Source: Streptococcaceae bacterium (GTDB lineage: Bacteria > Bacillota > Bacilli > Lactobacillales > Streptococcaceae). Taken from it: DNA of 64,000 nucleotides. Below, piece by piece: positions 20,141-31,700 of this stretch (positions are counted from its first letter, which is position 1; each line of letters opens with the position of its first letter). The stretch covers positions 97,077 to 161,076 of the forward strand of contig JAIRWF010000027.1 in NCBI GenBank assembly GCA_031253335.1, given 5' to 3'. The position numbers and the translations under genes were made by a program. A model generated the notes under the pieces. It saw nothing but the letters and a program-made list of their open reading frames with translations. It was not told where the DNA came from and did not search any database.

Positions 20141-22356
20141 TGCGACGACTCTTCAATTTTCCCTGGATTTATGCGGCTTATCTTGCAACGCTTTTGTATT
20201 TTACGATATGGCGCTTCAACTGGCTGGTGTGTGTCATCTTTGTAATATCCTGTGGGCTTGCATGTTTACGTAAATTTTGGGGAATTTTTATTGTACTAGC
20301 CTTTGTTGCTGGGATTTCTGGCTGGGCAAAGTGGCAGGAAACTATGACCATCAAAAGCCCTGTGACCTCGCTCACTGAATTACGCCCGATTGCGGATACG
20401 ATTGACGTGAATGGAAACCTCCTCAGCTTTCGTGGGAAAGCGGATGGACGAACTTTTCAGGTTTACGATACGCTGAAAGACGAAAAGGAGCAGAAGTTCT
20501 GGCAAAATTTAGATAAAGATATCGAGCTGACTTTTGAGGGTGACTTATCCGACCCGCAAAGCCAGCGGAATTTCAATGGTTTTGATTACCAGAAATACCT
20601 CAAAACTCAGAATATTTACCAGATATTAAGCATTAAATCCATCAAAAGTATCACCCCAGAGTCTGGTCTTTTTGACTTGCATCTCTTACGACGACGACTT
20701 ATTCTTTTTTGCGAGCAACATTTCCCGACGCCGATGTCAAGCTACATGACGGGACTATTGTTTGGGTATCTGGGTAAAAATTTCGACGAAATGTCGGATA
20801 TTTATACAAGTCTTGGGATTATTCATCTCTTTGCGCTCTCTGGGATGCAGGTCAATTTCTTTATCGATTGGCTACGAAAAATTTTGCTGCGCCTTGGCAT
20901 GCGACGCGATCACGTGGATAAACTACAAATTCCCTTTTCGATTGTTTATGCCTTTCTCACAGGTCTTGCGGTGTCAGTCTTGCGTGCACTCTTGCAAAAA
21001 AATATTCGAATGAAGGGCTTGGATAATTTTGCGGTGAGCTTTTTCGTCCTCATGCTTATCATGCCCAAGTTTCTCCTCACAACAGGTGGCCAACTCACCA
21101 TGCTCTATAGTTTTCTGATTGCCATGACGACTTGGAAATTCAAAGAACGACAAGGCGTCAAGAAAATTCTTCTCGAGTCCACAGTGCTGTCCGTTGGTGT
21201 TTTACCTTTACTCATCTTAGATTTCCATGTCTTTCAGCCTTTGTCCATTTTGCTTACTTTTGCCTTTAGCTTTATCTTTGACGTTGCGATGCTGCCACTC
21301 CTTGTGATTCTCTTTGTATTAGGGCTCTTTGGCCTCAGCTTCACGTCATTTAACTTTCTTTTTCAATGGCTGGAGACCCTCATTAAGTGGGTGGATGGTC
21401 TCTTTCACTATCCGCTAGTCCTTGGCACGCCAAGCGTTTGGCAGCTCTTCGCAATTTTTCTTGTCACGGGTCTTTTGATTGACTTTTGGCGACGTCGTAA
21501 AACAAGGGTTCTTTTGCTTGCGGCTCTTGCTGCCCTCTTTTTCTTCGTGAAAAACCCGACGGCACCTAGTATCACGATGGTAGATATTGGGCAAGGTGAT
21601 AGCTTTTTGTTGGAAGATAGCTTAAACCATGAGACGACTTTGATTGATACAGGGGGAAAAGTGAGTTTTGGGTCGCCTGCTAAATGGGCGCAGGCCGTGA
21701 CGGATAGTAACGCTAATAAAACGCTCATTCCTTACCTTCAATCTCGGGGGATAGGGACGCTCGACCACGTGATTTTGACGCACTCCGATGGGGATCATTG
21801 TGGGGACATTGACGCTCTCGCTGATAAAATCAAGATTAAAGAAATCTGGGTCTCGGAAGGGAGCCTGACGGTGCCTGATTTTGTGCGAAAAATGAAGCTT
21901 GCTCACACCAAAATTCATGTCACACAAGTAGGCGACAGCATTCCCATTTTCAAAAGCCAGCTTCAAGTTCTATCAGCTGGCTATACGGGAAAAGGCGATA
22001 ACAATGACTCTCTTGTGACCTATGGCAATTTCTTCGGTAAACGTTGGCTGTTTACAGGCGATTTGGAGCGTGAAGGAGAAGCGGAACTTTTGCAACATTA
22101 CCCAAGTCTCAAAGTCGATATTCTAAAAGCTGGTCATCATGGCTCCAAGACAGCTTCTGACCCTGATTTTATTGCAGCAATTCAGCCGCAACTCGCTCTT
22201 ATCTCTTGCGGTCTCAACAACCGCTACCATCACCCGAACGACGAAACCCTAGAAACCTTCACAGCGCAACATATCCCCTGGCTTCGAACAGATGAGCATG
22301 GCGCAGTACGGTTTGACTACAGGCAAGAAAGCTGGCAGGTGGAAACGGTGAAATAG
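20140..22356 (+). CDS. comEC: Competence DNA uptake channel ComEC
   Basis: RNFNGFDY, HLFALSGMQ, DIGQGD, THSDGDH, KAGHHGS, YHHP. Confidence 0.95.
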   Translation: MRRLFNFPWIYAAYLATLLYFTIWRFNWLVCVIFVISCGLACLRKFWGIFIVLAFVAGISGWAKWQETMTIKSPVTSLTELRPIADTIDVNGNLLSFRGKADGRTFQVYDTLKDEKEQKFWQNLDKDIELTFEGDLSDPQSQRNFNGFDYQKYLKTQNIYQILSIKSIKSITPESGLFDLHLLRRRLILFCEQHFPTPMSSYMTGLLFGYLGKNFDEMSDIYTSLGIIHLFALSGMQVNFFIDWLRKILLRLGMRRDHVDKLQIPFSIVYAFLTGLAVSVLRALLQKNIRMKGLDNFAVSFFVLMLIMPKFLLTTGGQLTMLYSFLIAMTTWKFKERQGVKKILLESTVLSVGVLPLLILDFHVFQPLSILLTFAFSFIFDVAMLPLLVILFVLGLFGLSFTSFNFLFQWLETLIKWVDGLFHYPLVLGTPSVWQLFAIFLVTGLLIDFWRRRKTRVLLLAALAALFFFVKNPTAPSITMVDIGQGDSFLLEDSLNHETTLIDTGGKVSFGSPAKWAQAVTDSNANKTLIPYLQSRGIGTLDHVILTHSDGDHCGDIDALADKIKIKEIWVSEGSLTVPDFVRKMKLAHTKIHVTQVGDSIPIFKSQLQVLSAGYTGKGDNNDSLVTYGNFFGKRWLFTGDLEREGEAELLQHYPSLKVDILKAGHHGSKTASDPDFIAAIQPQLALISCGLNNRYHHPNDETLETFTAQHIPWLRTDEHGAVRFDYRQESWQVETVK

Positions 22357-22607
22357 AACAATACGAAAAAATAGAACAGACTTAGAATAAAAAGTACCTC
22401 TATAATTTTTGTTGGGGTACTTTTGTGATTTGAGAATCTCAGAATCCTAAAAAGTCACACGGATAAGATTGGAATAAAAAATTTTTTCACATTTTGTTGA
22501 AAACTTTGTGGAAAATTTTTTCAAAAAAGACTAAATATAGTAGTTTATAAACCCTTTTAAGGCTCATGACTACTAGATTTAGTCATTTCACAACTTTCAC
22601 AAAATAG

Positions 22608-22636
22608 TTGACTTTAAGCTAGCTATGAGGTAAAAT
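22608..22636 (+). promoter_or_regulatory. Putative sigma-70 promoter of the giant surface protein
   Basis: TTGACT-17 bp-TAAAAT. Confidence 0.6.
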
Positions 22637-22718
22637 AGTTCATTGATGATTAGTTTGGAACTTTCTAACTTTTACGTCTGATAATGTGGGTCTAAAAAGC
22701 TCGGAAAGCGCAAAACAC

Positions 22719-22736
22719 TATATATATATATATATA
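22719..22736. repeat. (TA)9 microsatellite abutting the ribosome-binding site
   Basis: TATATATATATATATATA directly before AAGGAG and ATG 22749. Confidence 0.9.
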
Positions 22737-22748
22737 AGGAGTATCAAA

Positions 22749-25700
22749 ATGGCAACTGAACACACTGCTGGCATGCATGTTAGCAATTCAAAGACACGGG
22801 AGCGCTATTTAGCGCTGCATGTTGGCGAAGAGACATCCACCCAGAAGACGACACACTACAGAACTTGGAAGGCTGGTAAAACCTGGCTTTACGGTGCAGC
22901 GACCTTCACGATTGTGGCGGGGGCTGGGCAAGCTACCGCAGTCAACGCGACGACGAATCTCGTACACGATGGTTTTGAGTGGGCTGAAGCCAATCTGGCT
23001 GTTAAAAATGTCTATGCCGACGTTATCACATCAAGCACCGCTTCATCAAGTGCTGATTCAACTTCGTCAACTCCTCAATCGCAGGCCTCAACGCAATCAA
23101 CAACGCCTGTCGCATCATCAATAACACCTGTTACCTCCTCTAGTACGACATCGCTAGCCTCTGAGACACCTGCTTCGAGTACAGCTCCTGTTACAAAGAC
23201 ATTAGCTGCAGATACTGATTCAAGTTCTTCCACAACAAGTTCAAGCTCATCTGCTGAGGCATCGTCTCAGTCAGCTTCTACTACAAGCGCTTCCTCTACG
23301 TCAAGCACGACAAGCTCATCAGCAACCTCAAGCTTGACGACGCCTTCAACGGCGGATTCTTTGAATGTCGTTGCAAGCTCGCTCTATAGCAGTGCCTTGG
23401 CACAGAGCGAAGCAGCAGCCAATGTGATTCAAATTGTCAATAATTTGGCATCTTCCGCCAATGTTGCAGCCACCTCAATTGCTTCGATGACAGATGTGGC
23501 AAGTCAAGCAGCAGCTCTATCGAGCTTTGCGGGTGCGCAATCTACCTACATCAATACCGCCTCAAGCAATATGATAGTGGCGATTTCAAACTATCAAGCA
23601 GCTCTTGATGCTTATAATAGCTTCTTATCTGCCAATAGCATGGCGACAACTGGCGGTAGCAACTCTCTTGTTGCAACGTCAATGGATGCATCTAGCTATA
23701 TGGCAGCAGTGAGCTCTTATAGTAGCGCTGTCCAGAGCTATGTGGCATCGGCACAGTCCTTGATTGCCTCAAACCAAGCCTGGATCGCTGCTCAGAATGC
23801 GGCCTCAAGCGCTTTAGCTGTTGTGAATTCTGATATTGCAGCTACTAAGTCGGCTGCAAGTCTTGTGAATAGCGCACTGAGTAATGAAGCAGCAGTGGCT
23901 AATAACGCACCTGTCATTGACTCGAACTCAGTTGACGCATTTGGGGCGCCAAAAGATCCATCTGCTTTTGCGGCGTCGATGTCTGCTGCCTGGGCAGCTT
24001 ATAACTCTGCCGTTTCTTCAGCAGCTATCCCAGCAAGTAGTGCGCTTGCAGCTTATTTGAGCTCTGAGGCTCAGTTTGAAATCGATGCCTCAACCTTTAA
24101 CTCGATTTATGCTACACAGCCTTCGGCTTTTGCGACTTATTCTGAAGTGGCTATCAGCTCGATTGCACAATCTTTCGCGACTGAAACGTCAACAGCTGAT
24201 TCTACAATGTCTAGCATTGCAAGTGCTGGCTCACAAGCGCTGGATTCTGCAAGCTCTTATGGTTCAGCTTTTGCAAGTGCTGAGTCTCTCTACAAGGTTG
24301 CAAGCTCAGACGCGGCAGTCACAAGCTCTTACGTCGATCAGATCAAGGCCTTGGAGAGCTCTGCCGCGATTACAGCATCGTCCATTGCGGCCTTGCCTGC
24401 AGGTTCCGAGCAATCTTCTCTCATGGCAAGTTTCGCAGCAGCGACTGCAAGCTCACTTGCAGATTTGGAGTCTGCCTTTAGTGCAGCCGATAGTCAGTAT
24501 GAGGCAGATCGCACAAGTTATACCGACTATCTCAGCCAAGAAAATATCCAACCCACTCAGTCTGATGGCAATATTGGCGTGGACCAAAGCTCTATGGCAA
24601 GTTTCGCCTCTGGGGTCAACTCTTACATTAGCTATTTGAGTTCTGCGACGCAGGTCACAGAGTCTAACTCAGCCAATAGTTCAGCCTATGTGGCTGCTTC
24701 AAATGCTGCCTCTGCAGTCACCTCGGACAATGCAGTTCTTTCAAGTCTTGCAAGCCTCGTCAATTCAGCGATTGCTGCGCAGTCTTCTGCAGTCGCAGGG
24801 GATCCGACCAACGCCAGCCTTTATAGTCTGCAAAATAGCATCGCAGCTAGCGCTGCTTCATCGGCCCTTGCAGCTTATAGCTCTGCCGCAGATACCTACA
24901 ATACGGCGGTTGGCTCATACAATACGATTGTTTCAAGTGCGGGCAGCCTCTTATCAAGCTATGCGACGATTGATGCCTCCTCGGCTGCAAGTTCACTTGC
25001 CAGCTCATTGACGGCTGCAAGCTCTGTAGTCACTGCAAACTCGACCACAGCCAGTAGCTTTGCAAGTGCTACAGGGACAAGCCAATCTGAAAATAGCGTC
25101 GCAAGCTCCTACTATGTGACGGCAAGCACGGCTTCTAAGACAGCAAGCTCAGCGATTTCCTATGCGAATAGTCTCGTCGCAGCACTTAACTCAGAAGCAG
25201 CTGCTCTTTCAGGTGTCTCAGACGCCGCAAGCCTTTCTGCCTTCTCAAGTGCTGTCTCTCTTTACAATAGCTATGTGAATGGTGATTTGACCTCAGCAGT
25301 CACGGCCTATTCAAGTGCGCAATCGGACTATAATAGCTACTTGTCCGCAAATAGCTTGACGACGACGTCCACGAATAGCTCAGACGCTTCAACACCAACG
25401 CTTTCTGACTACCTTACAGCAGAAAACAGCTACTCGACAGCAGCTTCAAGCTATGTGGTAACTGCCAATAGTGTGATTGCTGATAATAGCTCAAATGTGG
25501 TTGCCCAATCGAATGCCTCTGCTGCCCTTTCTGCAGTCAATTCAGCGAATACGGCACTTTCACAAGCGGCTAGCCTTGCAAACTCTGCAATTGCTGCGCA
25601 ATCGACAGCGGTCACAGGAGACGCAACCAATGCAAGCGCTTATAGCCTCGCAAATTCAATCGCTGCAAGTACAGCTGCCTCGGCCCTAGCAGCTTATAGC

Positions 25701-28700
25701 ACAGCAGCTGATACCTATAATTCTGCAGCAAGCTCTTACGATGCGATTGTCTCAAATAATCCCTCTGCTTTCTCAAGTGCTGGGTCGATTGACACGAGTT
25801 CCGTCGCATCATCTCTTGCGTCATCTCTTGCAAACGCTAGCTCGGTCGTGACTGCAAACTCTACGACCGCAAGCTCCTACGCAAGCTATGTCGGTAATAG
25901 CCAGTCTGAAAATTCAACGGCAAGCTCTTATTATGCGACGGCAAGCACTGCCTCAAAGACGGCAAGCTCAGCAATTTCCTATGCGAATAGCTTGGTTACA
26001 GCACTCAACTCAGAAGCTAGCGCATTATCAGGCATCTCAGATGCAGCCAGTCTCTCAGCCTTCTCAAACGCTGTCTCGGCCTACAATAGCTATGTGAATG
26101 GTGATTTGACTTCAGCTGTCACGGCCTACTCCAGTGCACAGTCAGACTACAATAGCTACCTGTCCGCAAATAGCTTAACGACGACATCTGCGAATAGTTC
26201 AGACGCCTCCACGCCGACGCTCTCAGACTATCTCACGGCGGAAAATAGTTACTCGACTGCTGCTTCAAGCTATGTTTCTACTGCAAATAGTATTTTGGCA
26301 GACAATAGCTCAAACATTGTTGCACAAAATAGCGCTTCAGCTGCACTTTCTGCGGTCAACTCAGCAAATACAGCACTTTCACAAGCCGCAAGCCTTGTCA
26401 ACTCAGCAATTAGCCAAGAAGCTTCACTCACGAGTGATACAGCGCTCCTGCAGACGACCGCTCAATGGGAAAATTACAATAAGCAAGTTTCGCTAGCTGC
26501 AAGCGTCGCTAATTCGTATTTAGTACAATACGCAAGCTCTGAAGCAACATATTCTGCTGCTGCAAGCTCATACAATGCGATTGTCTCGGACAATCCAAGC
26601 GCCTTTAGCTCTTATAGCACGGTTGATACAGACTCTGTCGCAAGCTCCATCGCTGCAAGCTCCGCTGCTGCAAGTACGGTTGTTTCACAAAATAGTGTTG
26701 CTGCGAGCACGGCCGCAAGCACCGCAGCAAGCCAAAACTCTGAAAATGCGTCTGCTGCAAGTCTTTACAGCTCAGCGGTTGCTGCATCACAAGCGGCAAG
26801 TTCAGAAATCTCGACAGCAAACAGCATGGTTGCAGCCCTCAACAAGTCCGCTGCTGCACTCTCAGGCATTTCTGAGACGAGCTCTCAAGCCTCAGCTTTG
26901 TCAGCCTATTCAGATGCTGTCGCAAGTTATTTAACAGAAGTGGATGGCAACTTGTCATCGGCTGTTTCAAGCTATGCGACAGCCCTTTCTGCCTACAGCG
27001 ACTACGTCTCTGCCAATAGCTTATCGACAACGTCGCTCAATAGTTCTGACGCGACGAGCTCAACCTTTGCAAGCTACGCAAGTCTTGCAAGTTCTTATAG
27101 TTCAGCAGTATCAGCCTATGAAGCCTCTGCCACAGCGACGATTTCAAGTAATAGCTCAAATACCGCTGCGCAATCTTCGGCAAGCTCTGCTTTGTCTGCA
27201 TTGTCTTCAGCAAATGCTGCTTTATCAAGTGCGGCAAGCTCACTCAATTCAGCAATCGCACAAGAAGCAAGCCTTACAAGTCTTGGCTCAGGCGATAATA
27301 GTGGCTGGACGCAAGCCGACTGGAACAACTATCAAAAGCAAGTCTCTCTTGCTGCAAGTACAGCAGCAGTGTTGCTTTCATCCTACGAGACAGCACAGAC
27401 AGCTTATAATGCGACAGCATCAAACTTTGATGACGTTTTATCCAGCAACCCAGCGGCCTTCTCATCAAGCTCTAGCGTGGATCTTACTAGTGTGGCGACG
27501 AGCTTTGCAAGTGAAAACGCCTCCGCACAGTCTGCAATTTCAGGAAATAGCTCTCTAGCCGCCTCAGCTCTCGCCTCAGCAACGGTAACTATCACCAATA
27601 ACGGTAGTAACAATGCGGCACAGACCCAAGCGTCTCAAGCGAAGGCTGCACTCTCGATTGCAAATACAGCGCTTTCCAACGCTGCAGATAATCTAAACTC
27701 TGCGATTGCTTCTGAAGCAAGCCTGACAGCACTTGGCACGTCAGATAATGCCGGCTGGACACAAACCGACTGGAATAACTACGATAAACAAGTCTCGCAA
27801 GCTGCAAGCATGGCGACTGCTGCCTTAAATAGCTACGAAGCAGCTCAAGCAAGCTACACGACGGCAGCTTCAAGCTTTAATGCAGTCTTATCAAGTAATC
27901 CAGCAGCCTTTAGCTCAAGCTCGAGCGTGGATCTCTCAAGCGTTGCTTCAAGCTTTGCTACAGAAAACGCCTCCGCGCAATCTGCAATCACGACGAACAG
28001 CACTGCAGCAAGTTCAGCTCTTTCATCTGCAACGACGACGATCAGCAGCAATAATTCAATGGCCGCTGCGCAAAGTAGTGCAAGTGTTGCTTCAGCCGCT
28101 GTGGTCACGGCAAATACAGCCTTATCAAACGCAGCAAGTGCTTTGAATGATGCGATTGCAAGCGAAGCAAGCCTCACAAGTCTCAATTCATCTGCAACAT
28201 CTGGCTGGACACAAGCTGATTGGAATAACTATCAAAAACAAGTCTCACAAGCTGCAAGCTTGGCGGCAAAAGCATTGACAAGTTATGAAGCAGCGCAGAC
28301 GAGTTATTCTTCAGCCGCTTCAAGCTTCAATGCGATTCTCTCAGCGAATCCATCCGCCTTTAGCGCAAGCTCGAACGTGGATCTCTCAAGCGTTGCCACA
28401 AGCTTCTCAAGCGAAAACGCTTCTGCGCAATCTGCAATCTCTGGCAACTCAAGTCTTGCAGCATCCGCTCTTGCTTCTGCAACGTCCACAATTGCAAGTA
28501 ATAGCTCAAATGCAGCCGCACAATCCTCTGCCTCTGTTGCAAGCTCTGCCGTGGCAAGTGATAACTCTGTCTTGGCAAGTCTTGCAACGAAGCTCAGCTC
28601 TGCGATGTCGCAAGAAGCCAGTCTTGCAAATACCACACCAAGTTATACGTCGGGCATGAACCTTTCAAGCTTTGCAAGCTCCCTTGCAGCTTATAGCACA

Positions 28701-31700
28701 GCGGTTTCAAATGCGGCAGCTTCGGCAGCTAATATTCTCGAGCAATATAACTCTGCGCAGTCTCAAGCAAGCTCAGATGCGGCTAGCTTTACCGCTATCA
28801 TCACAGCTAATCCATCGGCCTTTACAAGCTCTCAAGTGACGGATGCGACAAGCGTAGCAAATTCACTCACTAGCAACAGTATCACGGCAAGCTCTGCCAT
28901 TAGCTCAATCGCCACTCTCGTTTCGAATACTGTCGCAAGTGGGAACTCGATTGTCTCCTTAAATAGCACAGCAAGTTCATACTACCTTGCAGCGTCTCAA
29001 GCTGGCGCGATTGATTCAACGGCAGCTTCCTCACTTAACTCTGTCGTCTCGTCGGCAAACACAGTCATGTCTTCTATTGCTGCGATGCCAAATAGTACCG
29101 TCTCACAAGCAGCCGCACAATCTGCTGCTATCACAAGCCTTTCAGCTGCAGTTTCTCAAGCGCTCAATATGGACCTGACGACTTTGTCCTCTGCAAATGC
29201 AGCTTATCAAAGCGCAGTCTCAAGCTACAACAGCTACCTTTCTGCGAATAACTTGACGACTTCAGGTGGGACGAATACGACACCAAGCTCCGCTTTGACG
29301 CCTACGATCAGCGATTATCAGACCGACGTCAATAATTACCAGACTTCTTTATCTTCCCTTACCGTTGTCGCCAGCACAAATAGCTCAAATGCGGTTGCAA
29401 GCTCACTTGCCTCTTCAGCAGTAGCGAAAGTAGATGCAGACTCGACTGCAGTGAGCAATGCAGCTTCATCACTCAACTCCTTGATTGCGATTGAAGTTTC
29501 CCTCGCAAACGTCGCAAGTGCGAACTCTGCAAACTGGACACCAACAAGCTGGGCAAGCTATAACTCTGCTGTGTCAGCAGCTGCTAAATCAGCTAATTCT
29601 GCACTCAATGTCTATAATAATGCAACCAACAGCTACACGCAAGATGCATCAACCTACATGAGCCTCATGTCTGCCAATAGCTCAGCGTTTACAAGCTACA
29701 CGCAAATTTCTGTTGCAAGCTACGTGGCTGCCTTCTCAAGTGAAGCCACTGCCGCAAGTGATGCGATTGGCTCTATCTCAGATACCGCAAGTCAGACGGC
29801 TGCAAGTAACACGACTATCTATAGCCAGAATTCTACTGCAAGCTCTTATTATGTCGCAGCAAGCAACGCGCAAGTCACTGCAAGTAGTGTCGTTGCTGCG
29901 ATGAATAATGAGATGTCAAGCCTCAACTCGACATTATCAAGTATCGCTGCGCTGCCTAACAGCACCGCTGCAAGTGCTGCAGCCCAGTCAGCAGCCATGA
30001 GCTCGGCAGTCGCTGCCTATAATAACTATGTCAATGTCAACTCAGCGGCTTTGTATGGCGATGTCAACGCCTATCAGGCAGCTCTTGATAGCTACAATAG
30101 CTATCTTGCAGCTAATAGCCTTACGACGACAGCTAGCACAGCAACGTCGGCCCTTTCGACACCGACTAATATCTCAAGCTACGCAAATAGCCTGTCTAGC
30201 TATGCAAGTAGCCTGGCAAGTATTTCAGCGGTAACATCAACCAATGCAGTGCAACAGTCTGCCTACTCGACAGCATCTGCCCTTGGATCAACTGTCAATG
30301 CGGATAATTCGTCCTTGTCAACTGCGGCAAGTTCACTCAATTCACTGATTGCTTCTGAGGTCTCGATTGCGAATGCGACGCCATCTTCAGACGCAAGTGG
30401 TGTTATCACATCTGCCCAATGGTCAAGCTACAATACTGCTGTCTCGAATGCCGCAGCTTCAGCAGCGACCGCTCTTTCTGCCTACGAGAAGCTTCAATCC
30501 TCTTATCAGACTGCGCTTATCTCCTACAATAACTACATCCAGACGAACTCATCGGCTTTGTCTGCGACGAGCTATGGTCCAATTGGAAATAGCGACTCAG
30601 CAAGTGGCACACCAGATCTGGGTGCGGTGATTACAAGCTTTACGAATTATAATATCTCAGCAAGTGCGACGATTTCAACCGTTTCTAGTACGGCAAGTTC
30701 TGCTGCAGTCTATGGGACCTCTGTCACAGCGTCAAACGCAAGCATGTCGGCTGCATGGTCACTTGCTTCAAGCCTTGAGACACGTGTCAATAACGACAGC
30801 ACGGCCATTGCTACAGATGCGACAAACGTCAGCAATGCCCTCTCAGCTGAAGCCAGCTACGCAAATAGTAACACACCGAAATTCAGCTCAGGTGAAACGA
30901 CAGCTTCATACAGTGCGGCTTGGTCGGGCTATAACTCTGCCCTTTCTAGCTACGCAAGTCTCGCAAGTACAGCCATTAGCCAATACAACTCAGACGTAGC
31001 GGTCTTTAATACAGACGCCACAAGCTTTAACTCGGCTATTTCAGCTAATCCATCGGCCTTTAGCACTTATACGAGTGTTGCCAATCTCTCGAGCCTCGTT
31101 GCGAACCTTCAGTCAAGCGCCACAGCTGCCTTGTCTGTCGCAAACTCGATTGTGGCAGTCGGTACATCAACTGCAAGCCTTGCAAACACCAACGACTCTG
31201 GCTACGCGAAAGCAAGTAGCGATGCGCAGGTCGTTAATACTGACGCCACTGCCTTGTCAACCGCAGGATCAAGCGTAGTTTCAGCGGCCAATGCACTCTC
31301 GTCCGCCGTGGCAAACTCGGCCCTTCTCATCAGCAATTCCTCAGCCTATCAGGCAAGTATCACGTCGCTTGAGACAGCATTGTCGAGCCTTAATGGTGTT
31401 TACCAGTCCTCGCTTGCCACCTATAGCGCTGCTGTATCGCAGTTCAATAAAGACGCTTCGGCCTACTCTGCAACACCAAGCAATACGTCACTTGACATCA
31501 CAAGCTTCATGAACCAAGTGAATGCGGTTGTTTCAGGTGCATCTTACAATGCTTCGACGGTTGCCTCTGAACTGGCAATGGCTTCGCAAGTCGCCTCAGC
31601 CAACGGCTCAAATCAAGCAGCTTATAGCTCTGCAGTGGCCTCCTCTCAAGCACTCTCATCCACTGCAAGCCAACTTGCCACTGAAAAAACGGCCCTTAAT

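Noticed and set aside
22686-22748. Longer GTG start for the giant ORF reading through the TA repeat (HYIYIYI)
   Set aside because: No SD at 22686, while ATG 22749 has AAGGAG; the TA tract is more likely untranslated, so frameshift-type phase variation is not supported
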